A stretch of DNA of 64,000 nucleotides from Eledone cirrhosa (Eukaryota). The stretch lies in NCBI GenBank assembly GCA_964016885.1, contig OZ024746.1, forward strand, positions 38,688,001-38,752,000, read 5' to 3'. Below, piece after piece: positions 1 to 17,774 of this stretch (positions are counted from its first letter, which is position 1; each line of letters starts with the position of its first letter). A model generated the notes under the pieces. It saw only the letters and a list, made by a program, of their open reading frames with translations. It was not told the DNA's origin and did not search any database. A program made the position numbers and the translations under genes.

Positions 1-444
1 TGATATCGGAAGAAACGGACCAGTTGTTGGCCAGAGAGAAAGGTGTCTGACCTCAGTCCTTTCAGACGCGTCCACCATACAACCTCTTTCGCCATGGCTA
101 TTACGCACAGAAACACCGCCTCTCCAAACAGACAAATATAGATAGATAAGTACATAGGCAAACAGACGAAAGAGATGGTAGACATACGGAGAGAGAGATG
201 GTGAAATCCAAAAGGGAAGTTTGTTTCTATGGATATATTAACTGCTTGTTTTCAGTTAGGTTTTGTAACACTCTTGTCAATTGTATGCAAGCGTTATGAG
301 ACATGTTTTGCCATGTATTTTTTTTTTTTTTAATAAAGTACTTATATATACATGCGTGTATTTCTGGGGCGGGAGGGGGGGGGGGTCTAAAGATTAAAAA
401 CTATAAACGTATTAATACAGATCTCAGACTTTTGAATATGTTAA

Positions 445-855
445 TAATAATTGTTTCTACTTTAGGCACAAGGCCAGCAATTACCCAGTGCATTACTGGT
501 ACTTTATTTTATCGACCCCGTAAGGATGAAAGGCAAAGTCTACCTCGGCGGGATTTGAACTTAGATCGTAAAGGGACGTAACTACGCTGGAAAGCATGGC
601 GTCCGACCCTCCACCGATACTGCCAATCCACCAATAATAATGGTTTCTACTATAGGCACAAAGCCAAGAATTTAGGGAGAGAGGGAAGTCGCTTAAATCG
701 ACCCCAGTGCATTACTGGTGCTTTATTTATCGACCCCATAAGGATGAAAGGCAAAGGCTAACCTCGGCCGGATTTGAACTCAGAACGTAAAGAGCCGTAA
801 CTCTATGCAACGAAGCAAGATGTCCGACCTTCTACCGATACTGCCAATCCACGTT
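445..855 (-). mobile_element. Two tandem tRNA-derived SINE copies (major family of this window)
   Basis: Minus strand reads GGTGGATTGGCAGTATCGG (A-box-like), then GAGTTCAAATCC (B box), then GCCTTTCATCCTTACGGGGTCGATAAA (Deu/Nin-like central domain) and an (ATT)n tail. The same body recurs about 11 times in the window. Confidence 0.85.
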
Positions 856-1269
856 AATAATAATGCTTTTCCACATTAGTAGCTTTATTTGTACCATATG
901 GACATTATTTGGAACGATAGCATGGCTGAGTGGTTACAAATTTCGCAATCATAAGTAATAGGAGTCGATCCTAGGAGGTGGTGTATTCTGCATGTGTGTT
1001 TTCCAATAGCATCGGATTAACATAAGCAATGTGAGTGAAACTAGGTAAACGAGAAAAATGTACTGCCACATATAGTGTTAAGCTGAATCGACTTGAGATT
1101 TATGATATGGGTACGTATGTATGTAGAATACCCGATCTCTTACACCTGATTTTAACAAATCAGGTGTTTGTTCATCGAACAACTGAATGCTCATCGTTGA
1201 AACCGAAGGAGAATCCACTCTATATTACTGCTACCTATTTTTCATTAACATTCAAATTATGAAACAAAT

Positions 1270-1760
1270 CACTGAGAGGTCTGTGGAGGCAGAGTCCTCA
1301 AGCACTTCTTCCAGCGGGTCCTGTCCGAAGCAACCATCTCCAACTAAACTGGCTAGATCCCCAAGGGAGACCAGCCGAGCTCATGGATGTTATCCTATTA
1401 TCTTGCTCGAGATCTACTCATGTTTCTCCTGCCGTTTGGTTTTGCCTATAAAATCTGTCCAGCGTTTCTATTCTAAGACATTCTAACCACATGCCCATAA
1501 TATCGGATCTGTGATCTCTCAATTCGGAGAAGTAGCGGCACTTTCTTGAGCGACTCACTGATCTCCGAGCTATCGAGTAATGTTAATCCAAAGACTATTC
1601 GGAGGAATCCCATTTCGGCCGCTTGTATTCGCGATCGTATTCTTTCGGTCATTACCCAAGATTTGTCATCATAAATACGGGTAGGCACGAATACCGAATT
1701 GAAGATAGCGAGTTTGGTTTTTATTTCTACCCCACTTTTTCGGCAAGTAAGAATTGATCT
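1270..1760 (-). pseudogene. RTE-clade non-LTR retrotransposon 3' fragment (C-terminal RT region)
   Basis: ORF 1473-1688 SWVMTERIRSRIQAAEMGFLR...PLLLRIERSQIRYYGHVVRM matches the RTE/Expander C-terminal pattern. It continues with stops/frameshifts into DNIHELGWSPLG. Confidence 0.8.
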
Positions 1761-2429
1761 TATGAAATGACTGAGCTATTGCCCAGGTGCTCTAACACAT
1801 TTTGCCGCGAAACATGCACAATAACATTAAACATTAACTCTCTATGTATATGTGTATGTGAGTATGTTATATATATATAACTAAGTAATCTTTTCTACAT
1901 ATAGATACATACATGCATAAATTCCCAAACGCTCACACTAACGTACGCACATTCACATGGAAACATGCATACTCGCACAAATACACACGTTCCCCGAGTT
2001 TCTCTTCGTACATATATACAATTGGTGAGATAATGCGTTCTATTGTGTAAGCTTTTAACAACAATGTTGGTAATTTCTTTTTCTTAATTCCAGAAACAAC
2101 GTTCTCTGTATTTACTTTTCTGTCTTTGTCTTAATCCATTATCTTATTTGTTACTTGTTTGTCATTTCTTTTAGTTTATTTTTTTGTTTTGTTTTTTTTT
2201 GTTTTTTTTTTGCATTCCTATAACTTATCATTTCCTATATTCTCTGGCTGTCTTCGAGAGCAGTGATCTATCTGATGTTCCTGAGATGAGCTTATCTGAC
2301 TATCTTAACGAGATCTTTTCACTGAAACGCTCTTTTATGAAACTAAATCAAATGAAGATTTTCGCCTGCAAACTAAGTAGACGACCATGTATGTGTTGGC
2401 GTATGCATGAGAGTAAAAAGTATGTATTG

Positions 2430-2529
<100 letters not shown>

Positions 2530-2644
2530 TGTGTGCGTGCGTGTTATTAATTATGCATGCATATAAGTAAATGTGTATGTATAATTCGTGTATGAATGTA
2601 AGTAAATAAATATGTATTATATATACGTGTGTGTGTGTGTGTGT

Positions 2645-2677
<33 letters not shown>

Positions 2678-3102
2678 TGTAAAACCACTTCAATGTGATT
2701 TAGTTTAACGAATGGATGAGCTCTTGATATGTAAACATAGAGACTAGTTATATATTTATTACACGATTTTAGTCGGACACCATGAAACTAGTAGTTTCAT
2801 AGTTTGTACTATTAAAGATACTCATGTTCTATATATTTTGTTTATATACACACGAGGATGTGTGTCCCGGAAATATATACGTATATATATATATATACAT
2901 ATTACTTAAAATACCTGGCAACTAAACATGTTTCAAGAAAACATGCTTAGTAAGTAATAACAGCTCAAACTAGGGTGTGGTGTAGAGTCTGTTGCTCAAA
3001 ATCGAAGTATATATATAGCCACAGTCTTCATTGAAATATGTAACACAGCCTTATCAATAAAGGACTTTAACATCTGAAACTACTTCGCATTTTCTTATTC
3101 TA

Positions 3103-3173
<71 letters not shown>

Positions 3174-3689
3174 ATACATACCTATCAACTTTTAACCTTT
3201 AGTATGCTAGAAATTGTTATGAATTGCTTCGCTTGACACTATATTATGTATTGAGGGGAGATTAATCTATCGGCGACTTAATGCACCTGGAGCGGCTAGA
3301 AGGTTAAATAAACTGTATTCCCTAGTCAAGGGAAATAACTCTTCGGAATAGTTTCTAACAGACTTTACTGGTAATGAATCGCTCAGTACGTGGCTAAAGC
3401 GAATATATTAACCACACTACTATATCTATGCGTGTGCGAATGTGTGTACGTGCCGTTGAGTATAGGGGGGGGGGGATTTGCGTGTGTATTCTTTTGTTCA
3501 TTGTTTAACCCATCTTAGACAATATTTATCTATCCTCTATCCCTCTCTTTCTCACACAAATTCTATCTTTTATGCTGACTATTTTCCTCAAATCACCTCT
3601 GTCTCTTTCTCTGCATATAATATATATATATATTATATGCAAAGAAAGATATATATATGTGTGTGTGTGTCTGTGTGTGCGTGTGTACA

Positions 3690-6419
<2,730 letters not shown>

Positions 6420-6863
6420 AGATAGAGAGGTATATTCTAGATATTCTATGTGTTGTATCTGTTGTTTTACGTAATCTCTTTGATTATGTATAAAAGCCAA
6501 TGTTGAGTTGGCACCTAATCCTAAGTTTGTGACAGTAATGGAAGATTACTGTTGCAATCTGCTGAGCTAAGGTTGTTAGTAAAACATTGTAATTCTGAGA
6601 TATATATTCGTAAGGCAGAAAACGAAACCATTGTATATAAATATATATCAAATCACACCAATACAGAGAGAGGAAGAGACTGACAGTCATACGCACGAAC
6701 TGAGAGAAAATGAGAGAAAGAAAGTCATATATACACACGCCCTTGAGTAAACCCAACAAGGTAATGAATATATAAAAAATTGCAAACAGCCTCAAAACTA
6801 GATATCATCTGTAGTAACAGAGAATTTATGATTCTGTAAATATCTGTTTTAGTATATACATAC

Positions 6864-7011
<148 letters not shown>

Positions 7012-7113
7012 TTACATACATACGTATAAAGAGTTTTATACATACATACATACATACATACATACATACATACATACATACATACATACATAGAGTTAAA
7101 TATATATATATAT

Positions 7114-7165
<52 letters not shown>

Positions 7166-7778
7166 AGTTAGATAGATAGATAGTTATACTTATGCTAAAA
7201 AGAAAAGCATTTTTTTTTTTTTAGACTTAACATAAACTTAGTGAGATATAACTACCGCTTGTAATATGACGCCTCAGTCGTAGAAAGAATTGATTGCGAA
7301 GTATAAATACTTCCAAATATTCCTCCGCACATAGAAAAATATCGGATCTTATTCTTATGCCTGTACTTCAATGATTATTGTGGTCTCATCAGAAAATAAT
7401 TACCACTGCCATTCCGTGTACGAACACATATTGCTATAGTACCATATATGCAATACAGAATATAGAAATTACTTGAAATAGCCAGTCTAATTTGCATGAT
7501 GCACATATGTTTGGAGTGCATTGCTTGAGGGTGTTGGTGGAGGAATTGTTAGATCTGATCGTCTTGGTATGTGGGTGTATACATGATCCTGAGTTTAGAG
7601 AAAAATCACACTAATTGCAGTCTTTCTTCAAATCATTAATAGTTGGATAATTTATGTAAATGGAATACAATGATAAAAGTATTTTGAAATTTGTCTTTGA
7701 ACGAAGTCTCTTACTTGAAGAAGTGCCTTATGTATTCTTACTCATGGATGGTCTTATGTTTATTTATTCCTCTCTCTT

Positions 7779-7816
<38 letters not shown>

Positions 7817-7820
<4 letters not shown>

Positions 7821-8303
7821 GATATTAATAAATGGAAACTATATTTATAAAACCATATTTATTTCATTATACATATTTCAGGGATTCCAAATTAAATTAT
7901 GGTATGCCTTCATCGAACAAAATACAATATATAACAGTTTTACAAATAAGCTTTGACGTACCCTTTTAAAATGCAACCATTATTTTTGGAAGCCATCTGG
8001 ATAGTGAATTGTTTATATTATTTTAATAAGTCTTAGTGTTAAGGACAATTAGAAAAAGACGGAGAGAAAGAAAAAAGACGGAGAGGGAGAAAAAATATAA
8101 GAATATATTGTATTTTGTCTGATGAAGGCATACCATAATTTAATTTGGTATCCTTGAAATATGTATAATGAAATAAATATAGTTTTATAAATATAGTTTC
8201 CATTTATTAATATCGTATATCTACTCCAAATACTTGTCGAGTGCTTTATATCAGTTATAAAAATATTTACTTGTTGTATCCCAACAATTTTAAATAGAAC
8301 TTT

Positions 8304-8307
<4 letters not shown>
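7817..8307 (+). mobile_element. Family A HHR fold-back mini-element (PLE pLTR-derived) in (TA)n
   Basis: 7817-7933 is the reverse complement of 8103-8220, followed by a tail to 8307. Same family as 34932-35158 and 44495-44954. Confidence 0.8.
8111..8175 (+). ncRNA. Type I hammerhead ribozyme (family A)
   Basis: tattttgt-CTGATGA-aggcatacca...tggtatcctt-GAAA-tatgta-TA-atgaaata. Helices I, II and a near-palindromic helix III all pair. Confidence 0.8.
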
Positions 8308-8354
<47 letters not shown>

Positions 8355-8547
8355 AAGAGAAGCGAGAGGGATAGGCAACTATTTCGGTTCTATCGAGAAT
8401 GAGAGAGAAAGAGAGAGGAATAAATAAACATAAGACCATCCATGAGTAAGAATACATAAAGGCACTTCTTCAAGTAAGAGACTTCGTGCAAAGATAAATT
8501 TTAAAATACTTTATATATATATTCATCTCGGGAATTTTACCCGCCCT

Positions 8548-8642
<95 letters not shown>

Positions 8643-8832
8643 GAGTATAAATCGAAGCTGTAGCCGCTGGATAGCAGATACTAATCGAATTGTTTAAGGC
8701 AGTAACACTCAGTGGTGAGAAAAGTTAATATGTTTTTACCCAGAGTAAACACAAAAGGTTAATAAAGTGTGACACCAAGAATAAAGTGACCAAAAGCATG
8801 TTGTCATGATAATACAATATATATATATGTAT

Positions 8833-9030
8833 AATGGCTCAGTAGTGAGTTTTGTTACACTGGAGTTTTACCTGCACCCTGACAGGATCACCAGACGAAA
8901 CTCTAATCTGATGATACTAGGAGTGCGCAGGGGAAGTTTCAGAGTAACAAGACTCACTACTTAGTCCATAATAAATGAATATTTAAACTCTACGTCAGTG
9001 TTGAGTACTCTTTTCTCTCACCCATTAACT
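8833..9030 (+). repeat. Old imperfect fold-back element next to (TA)n
   Basis: 8833-8895 is a diverged reverse complement of 8907-8970. Related sequence at about 32435-32500. CTGATGA is present but no complete HHR. Confidence 0.55.
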
Positions 9031-9063
9031 ACATACGAATACATATGTGTGTGTGTAAATAAC

Positions 9064-9262
9064 GGTTTCTTATATAGGTACAAGGCCAGCAATTTTAGGA
9101 GGGAGAAAGTCGATTAAATCGACACAGTGCGTGACTGGTACTTTATTTTATCGACCCCGTAAGGCAAAGTTAACTTCTGTGGGATTTGAACACAGATCAT
9201 AAAGAGCCGTAACTCTGCAAAGCATGATGTCCGACCCGCTACCGATATTGCCTATCCACCGC
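9064..9262 (-). mobile_element. tRNA-derived SINE (major family)
   Basis: Aligns with the 634-855 copy. Confidence 0.8.
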
Positions 9263-9600
9263 CGTTGCGTGTGTAAATAAACATATATAATATATATGCT
9301 TTCTCTTTTCTTTTTTTGCAGACTTTGGAAGCGGTTGGTAAGAATGTCACATGCATACGAAATTTTGTCCGTGACGGAAAGAGTTAAAGTGAAGTGTCTT
9401 CCGGTGTTCATGCTGTGTCCTGCAGTTGCTGTGATATATTTCATGATAAATAACACATTTATTTTAATGTCGTGGTTAAATAAATATAAAGATAACATTT
9501 TCTGTGATATTTTCCAATGTTTCAATTCAGATATATGTATTTAAGTACGTATGAACGTACATACATGTATACAAACATACATACATGATGAATACGTACA

Positions 9601-12230
9601 TGGTGGCTGCCAACTCGTTTTCGAGTACGGCCACTACTTTATATCCATGTAGGAGTACCCCTACCGATGCGCTGAACGAGTGTGACTTTTTAGTCCAGCC
9701 AGCGATTTGAAAACTCTGGTACAAACTGTGACACTTGTGACAATTATTGACACATAGTGCTGGGCCCATGGTACCATGTGACGACAACTGCAGAGAGATC
9801 TCCAGATATAAAGCAATGCCTGTGCCGTGAAGCTTTTATAGTGAACAAAGGCACTGCACAAAGCCAGTCCCACTCTCTTAACTAAGATGATATTTACCAA
9901 AAAGAAGAACAAGAATACGTACATACATACATACGTACATACATACATGGTGGCTGCCAACTCGTTTTCGAGTACGGCCACTACTTTATATCCATGTAGG
10001 AGAACCCCTACCGATGCGCTGAACGAGTGTGACTTTTTAGTCCAGCCAGCGACTTGAAAACTCTGGTACAAACACTACACTTGTGACAATTACTGACACA
10101 TAGTGCTGGGCCCATGGTACCATGTGACGACAAGTGCAGAGAGATCTCCAGATATAAAGCAATGCCTGTGCCGTGAAGCTTTTATAGTGAGCAAAGGCAC
10201 TGCACAAAGCCAGTCCCACTCTCTTAACCAAGATGATATTTACCAAAAAGAAGAACAAGTCAACATCATTGGATACCATCAGGGTTGCAGGTGTTATATC
10301 AGAGTTTTCCTTCTCCTAGAATTCTGCCTTGACAAAGGCTAAGGGGTCATCTCTCCCGGTGATTTTGGATGGCCATTGACTCTTAAGAGCTCCTTTGCCC
10401 TTTGACAGGTTTTGTTTTTAGTCCTGCAGGATGTCCAAAGTCACCCTCCTCACCAAGAAACCTTGGTGGGGTTGCCAGTTTAGTCGCCAACGACCCGACC
10501 ATGGGACAGGTTGTACTGGGATACATGTTACCAGTAGCACCAACTGGTGACCTGACATACATACATACATACATACATACATACATACATACATACATAC
10601 ATACATACATACATACATGGTGGCTGCCAACTCGTTTTCGAGTACGGCCACTACTTTATATCCATGTAGGAGAACCCCTACCGAAGCGCTGAACGAGTGT
10701 GACTTTTTAGTCCAGCCAGCGACTTGAAAACTCTGGTACAAACACTACACTTGTGACAATTATTGACACATAGTGCTGGGTCCATGGTACCATGTGAGGA
10801 CAAGTGCAGAGAGATCTCCAGATATAAAGCAATGCCTGTGCCGTGAAGCTTTTATAGTGAGCAAAGGCACTGCACAAAGCCAGTCCCACTCTCTTAACGA
10901 AGATGATATTTACCAAAAAGAAGAACAAGTCAACATCATTGGATACCATCAGGGTTGCAGGTGTTATATCAGAGTTTTCCTTCTCCTAGAATTCTGCCTT
11001 GACAAAGGCTAAGGGGTTATCTCTCCCGGTGATTTTGGATGGCCATTGATTCTTAAGAGCTCCTTTGCCCTTTGACAGGTTTTGTTTTTAGTCCTGCAGG
11101 ATGTCCAGACATACATACATACATACATACATACATACATGGTGGCTTCCAACTCGTTTTCGAGTACGGCCACTACTTTATATCCATGTAGGAGAACCCC
11201 TACCGATGCGCTGAACGAGTGTGACTTTTTAGTCCAGCCAGCGACTTGAAAACTCTGGTACAAACACTACACTTGTGACAATCATTGACACATAGTGCTG
11301 GGCCCATGCTACCATGTGACGACAAGTGCAGAGAGATCTCCAGATATAAAGCAATGCCTGTGCCGTGAAGCTTTTATAGTGAGCAAAGGCACTGAACAAA
11401 GCCAGTCCCACTCTCTTAACCAAGATGATATTTACCAAAAAGAAGAACAAGTCAATATCATTGGATACCATCAGGGTTGCAGGTGTTATATCAGAGTTTT
11501 CCTTCTCCTAGAATTCTGCCTTGACAAAGGCTAAGGGGTCATCTCTCCCGGTGATTTTGGATGGCCATTGACTTTAAGAGCTCCTTTACCCTATGGCAGG
11601 TTTTGTTTTTAGTCCTGCAGGATGTCCAAAGTGACCCTCCTCACCAAGAAACCTTGGTGGGGTTGCCAGTTTAGTCGCCAACGACCCGATCATGAGACAG
11701 GTTGTACTGGGATACATGTTACCAGTAGCACCAACTGGTGACCTGACATACATAAATATATATATACATACATACATGCATGCATACATACATACATACA
11801 TACATACATACATACATACATACATACATACATACATACATACATACATACATACATACATACATGATGGCTGCCCCGTCGTTATCGAGTATGGCCATTA
11901 CACGATATAACATTATTAATAAATATCATTTAATGCTGTTGTGCAATGCCAGTGAGTGAAGATTATTTTTAAAGTGAGGAAAGACTGTGCGCTGAGTGTA
12001 TCCCACTCTCTGAGCGACAGTAGCTATAACCCGAAAAGAAGAATAGATCAACATCATCAGTAACTACTGAGCGGCAAATAAGACTAATCAGCCCATCTAC
12101 AAAGGCGAAAAGACTATATATTTTCGCCTGTTTCAAATTCCAGGAGCGAACAAGGAAAGCACTGTCCTGGTAATGGCCAGACCCAGCATTGTGTATTGGC
12201 AGTTGTTCCCCGCTGCTTCTGCTGGAAAGC
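9601..12230 (-). mobile_element. Head-to-tail array of a ~610-bp non-autonomous RTE-like short element separated by (CATA)n
   Basis: Units 9601-9913, 9948-10555, 10618-11107 and 11140-11746, plus a diverged relative from 11865. All share the left end TGGTGGCTGCC; right ends are variably truncated. Minus strand contains CTAGGAGAAGGAAAACTC, a motif I recognise from RTE 5' UTRs. Confidence 0.7.
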
Positions 12231-12318
12231 TTTCCAAATGTATATTCGTACACATACCGTATGTCATCAGATATACGCAATTCATATATATATATATGTA
12301 AATATGATAATAATGGAG

Positions 12319-12707
12319 CTGCGGCGTTGCAAATGGGTTACATATGAAAAAGTTTGTCCTTCATCAGTGATCTTCCAACCATCATAGGCATTCCATCGCT
12401 TTAAAGACCATATACCTCCGGTTGGTGCGAGCAACGGCTAAAAAAAGTCGTTGGGACACGTAAATAAAGGGGACGCGATGGTAAACAAACAAAATGGTTT
12501 AAGCAACAGAAAGTGATGAAGAAATATATATATATAAAAACATGGGAAGAAAGAGGAAAACTGCGTGGTTGCACATGGGTTACATATTATAAAATTAGTC
12601 CCTCATCAGTGATTTGCTAACCATCATTGGTATTTCATCGCATTAAAAATCATATACCTCAGGTTGGTGCGAGCAATAACTAAAATAAGCTATTGGGACA
12701 AGTGAAT
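12319..12707 (-). repeat. Diverged direct repeat pair (about 148 bp, period about 241), possibly decayed pLTRs
   Basis: 12319-12466 vs 12560-12707. Both have CTGATGA on the minus strand, but the GAAA is lost. Confidence 0.6.
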
Positions 12708-13399
12708 CGCGTAAAGCGAGTGAGACAAGTAAACAACATAGAAGGAAAAGCAAACCGAAGGTATATTTATATATTTATATATATATATATTTATATATAT
12801 ATATAGAGAGAGAGAGAGATGCATATGTGTGTGTGTGTATAGCGAGAGAAAGACATACACTGTGTGGTGGGAGGTAGAGACATTACAGTGTGTGGTAGAA
12901 CACTTAGTCCAAATTCTGCTTTGGTGTCAATGGCACATAGGACTAATCACCCAGTCACATGCCCAGCCTGGTTATTGATGATTCACTCGGCAGTAAATCG
13001 AACATGGGTGAGGATATGTTTGTGTATTAAATGAAGCACACAGACAGATAGATAGATAGATAGATAGATAGATTGTTAGATAGATAAATAGATGGATGGA
13101 TGGATAGATAGATAGATTTACTTAGATGTATATATATATAAACATTTATTTATAGACACATTTGTATTTTTGTATGTGAGTATGTGTGTGTGTGACTGTA
13201 GATGCGGCTATATAAATAACACTTGAACCGTTGTCCTCCTCCAAGATATTCAAGTGAGAATGTGAAGCTGCTAATTAAATCAGTCAACTGTTAAGGAACA
13301 TAATCTGAATATTAAATACGTCGCGACGACCTGCTTGAAGGCAAATGTTTTTGTGTTGTTCAAATTGTAAACCACTTGGCTGAGCAATCGTATGACCGT

Positions 13400-13800
13400 G
13401 TGTAATGTGATGTGTAAAACAGTAAGTAATTAACTAATACGTTCTTGCCTCCCGTTGCTATTATGGCAATGGACTAAGTTTCGAAATGGTTATAATTATT
13501 TGCTGACGTTCTGCTTTCAGGAGTAGCTAGAGGGATTTACAACTGATTGTAATGGTAAGTTGGCGGCTTGTCTTGGGATGTAAGATGTTTAGAATGGTGT
13601 CAACGCTCTTGTTGTTGAATATCTCTGTTTTGGTGTGGTGAGAAGATTTAATGATGTGGTGTGGAGCTGTAGTTGTACGCGTTGGAATCTTTTCTGATTC
13701 ACCTACATGGTCTATTTCTATATAGGTGTAGTTTTATATGGTGATTACGAAAATTTCAACCATTTTGTGGCAAATATCCCAGTATTGTTTTTATTAGCGC
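13400..13800 (-). pseudogene. Possible highly decayed PLE GIY-YIG remnant
   Basis: Minus translation near 13675-13710 gives HVGESEKIPTR (YVGET..R-like). Otherwise interrupted. Confidence 0.3.
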
Positions 13801-14112
13801 AGTGGTTGCTGTCGTAGAGTGGTGGTAGATGTTGTGTTCTAGTGGTGATTATAACAATGTGTGGTTACTGTAAAATCTGTGCATTTTATGCAAATATGTA
13901 ACGAGAGTGCAGAGTAGCAGGATGATATTTAGACTTTGGTGGACCCCTATATAACAACATACATGTCTGTGTTGTTGTTTTTGTTGTTGTTGTTGTTATA
14001 TGAGGTTCCCACCAAAAAGCCAACTTCCTGCCTGCTAGGGGAGATACTCAACAAATTCAACTGATTTTCAACCACCTTGGGTAGCGCTTATGTTCCGTGT
14101 ATGAACATAATA

Positions 14113-14167
<55 letters not shown>

Positions 14168-14350
14168 TTAAAACAATGAAATAAAAAATCAAGTCATTAG
14201 AAATATACTTCACTGCTTTACGATCGTTTCTAGGTGATGATAATACATTGTAGCTATACTTCTTTATCGATCTATGTGTAGGGTTAGTTACAAAATATCA
14301 GATAGGGAAAATATTTACTTACATGCATATCACGACTTACCGAGGATATC

Positions 14351-14414
<64 letters not shown>

Positions 14415-14709
14415 CATACCTGATATTCACCATGTTTTTTGCAAGTGGCTTTAAGCTACGCACTCTCCTCGGACTAGACTGTATGAAATTAGTTCTCGTG
14501 ATAAGTTTATAATACCCGGCGAAGCTAATCGAAATGCTTCACACTTCGACTACAGAAGACAGAAACGGTGAATGAGAGAGAGAGAGGGGAGAGAGAGAGG
14601 GGGGAAGAGACATTGCGAAGGAGAGTGGACCCTGTGCTTCAATCATGGGGCTTATTTGTGCAGCAAAGCTAAATATATTGAGCATACACGCTGTCTCAGT
14701 AATTTAGTT

Positions 14710-16360
<1,651 letters not shown>

Positions 16361-16508
16361 TCTATCGGTCGCAACTCCAGGTAGAAGGAGCAACGTGAAA
16401 TAAAGTGTCTTGCTCAAGGACATAACGCATCGCCTGGTCCAGGAATCGAACTCACAACCTTACGATTGCGAATCCAATTCTCTAACCACTCAGCCACACG
16501 CCTTCACA
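16361..16508 (-). mobile_element. CORE-type tRNA SINE
   Basis: Minus strand GTGGCTGAGTGGTTAG...GAGTTCGATTCC...CCTTGAGCAAGACACTT (A box, B box, CORE-like domain). Relatives at about 920-1000, 31615-31670 and 47165-47250. Confidence 0.75.
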
Positions 16509-16510
16509 TG

Positions 16511-16565
<55 letters not shown>

Positions 16566-16592
16566 GTATATATATATATATATGTATATATA

Positions 16593-16858
16593 TTAAGAGA
16601 GTAAAACAAAGAAGCCTTCAATACATCAAAAGTCTTTATTAGCCGACAATGTTTCGTCCTATTAAGGACTCATCAGGGCAATTAAAACAACAAGAAGTAA
16701 TATCGGCAGATACAAGACTTTTGATGTATTGAAGGCTTCTTTGTTTTACTCTCTTAATTTTTCGGCTCTGTTTAACTACATTGAGCTATACCTTTTACTG
16801 TCATTTCTATAATACGAAGAGGGTGTTTAACTCTAACACACTCCAGTATTTAACCCTT
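16593..16858. mobile_element. HHR fold-back mini-element in (TA)n
   Basis: Perfect inverted arms 16593-16636 / 16714-16757, with a tail to 16858 and (TA)n on both sides. Confidence 0.8.
16642..16679 (-). ncRNA. Minimal type I hammerhead ribozyme
   Basis: gcc-CTGATGA-gtcct taat aggac-GAAA-cattg-TC-ggc, followed by AATAAA. Confidence 0.88.
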
Positions 16859-16892
16859 ATATGTATATATATGTATATATATGTATATATAT

Positions 16893-16964
<72 letters not shown>

Positions 16965-17176
16965 GTATATATATGTATATATGTATATATATGTATATAT
17001 ATATATATATGTATATATATGTATATATATATGTATATATATGTATATATATATATATGTATATATATGTATATATATATATTTTTTTATTTTTTCATTC
17101 GCACCGTTTCCTTTCGCTATATGTCTCTCCACCACTCCCCTACACACACTTTGAACTCTGTTCCCACACACTTCTC

Positions 17177-17208
17177 ACCTGAGAAAGGGCTTATGCCCGA
17201 AACGTCGT
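17177..17208 (+). ncRNA. Minimal HHR-like motif in 5' pLTR (core CTGAGAA, G8A)
   Basis: CTGAGAA-a-gggc ttat gccc-GAAA-cg-TC. Helix I is very short. Confidence 0.55.
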
Positions 17209-17774
17209 CCCCCACCAACACCCCCCTCTCCAGAGCGTGAAATTAATAAACATTCGTTGTACTGCCTCTCTGTTTTGTCCCTGTTCAAATTTTTCCATTA
17301 TACACGCTCACACGCTCACATTATACACGCTCACACGGCTTCCATTCCTTGGAACATAACTTAACTACCGGCTCAACCCCGATCTAATCCGCCGTGACCT
17401 TTCTCATAACTTTACACACCTTCCCACACTTGATCTTTCCTTCCACGCATTACCTCTGTTTGATTGTGTTACTGTACTTGTTTTTTTCCGTATATGATTT
17501 TTTGCCTGTGTTTTTACAATTTTATTTCTATGATTTTTTGTTCACGATTGCCTGTGTTTTTACCTTTATGATTTTTTGTCTTTAATTTTCCTGTGTTTAC
17601 TCCCCCCTCCCTACGTTTTTCTGTTTCATTTTCCCTTCCCCGTCTCTGCCTATCCTTCGCACTCACCCCTTCGTTCACTCCACCCCGCTTCACACCCCTG
17701 CCTTCTCATCCCTCACCCTGCTTTCACCCACGCCCACCAGGCCCAACCTGAGATCCTTTCTCCACCAACTACAT

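Noticed and set aside
445-633. tRNA genes suggested by A/B boxes
   Set aside because: The boxes belong to multi-copy SINE heads; no cloverleaf.
9601-9685. HDV-like ribozyme (GGTGGCTG/CGGCCACT as P1, ACTCGTT/AACGAGT as P2)
   Set aside because: Too little sequence for P3/L3 and no P1.1; better read as simple hairpins.
9527-11910. Repeated 70-136 aa ORFs in the tandem array; CRISPR-like appearance
   Set aside because: No recognisable domain and starts lie in microsatellite. Units are long near-identical repeats, not repeat-spacer arrays.
14205-14305. GAAACGATCGTA (palindromic helix III) on the minus strand
   Set aside because: No CTGANGA at a compatible position; at most a decayed HHR.
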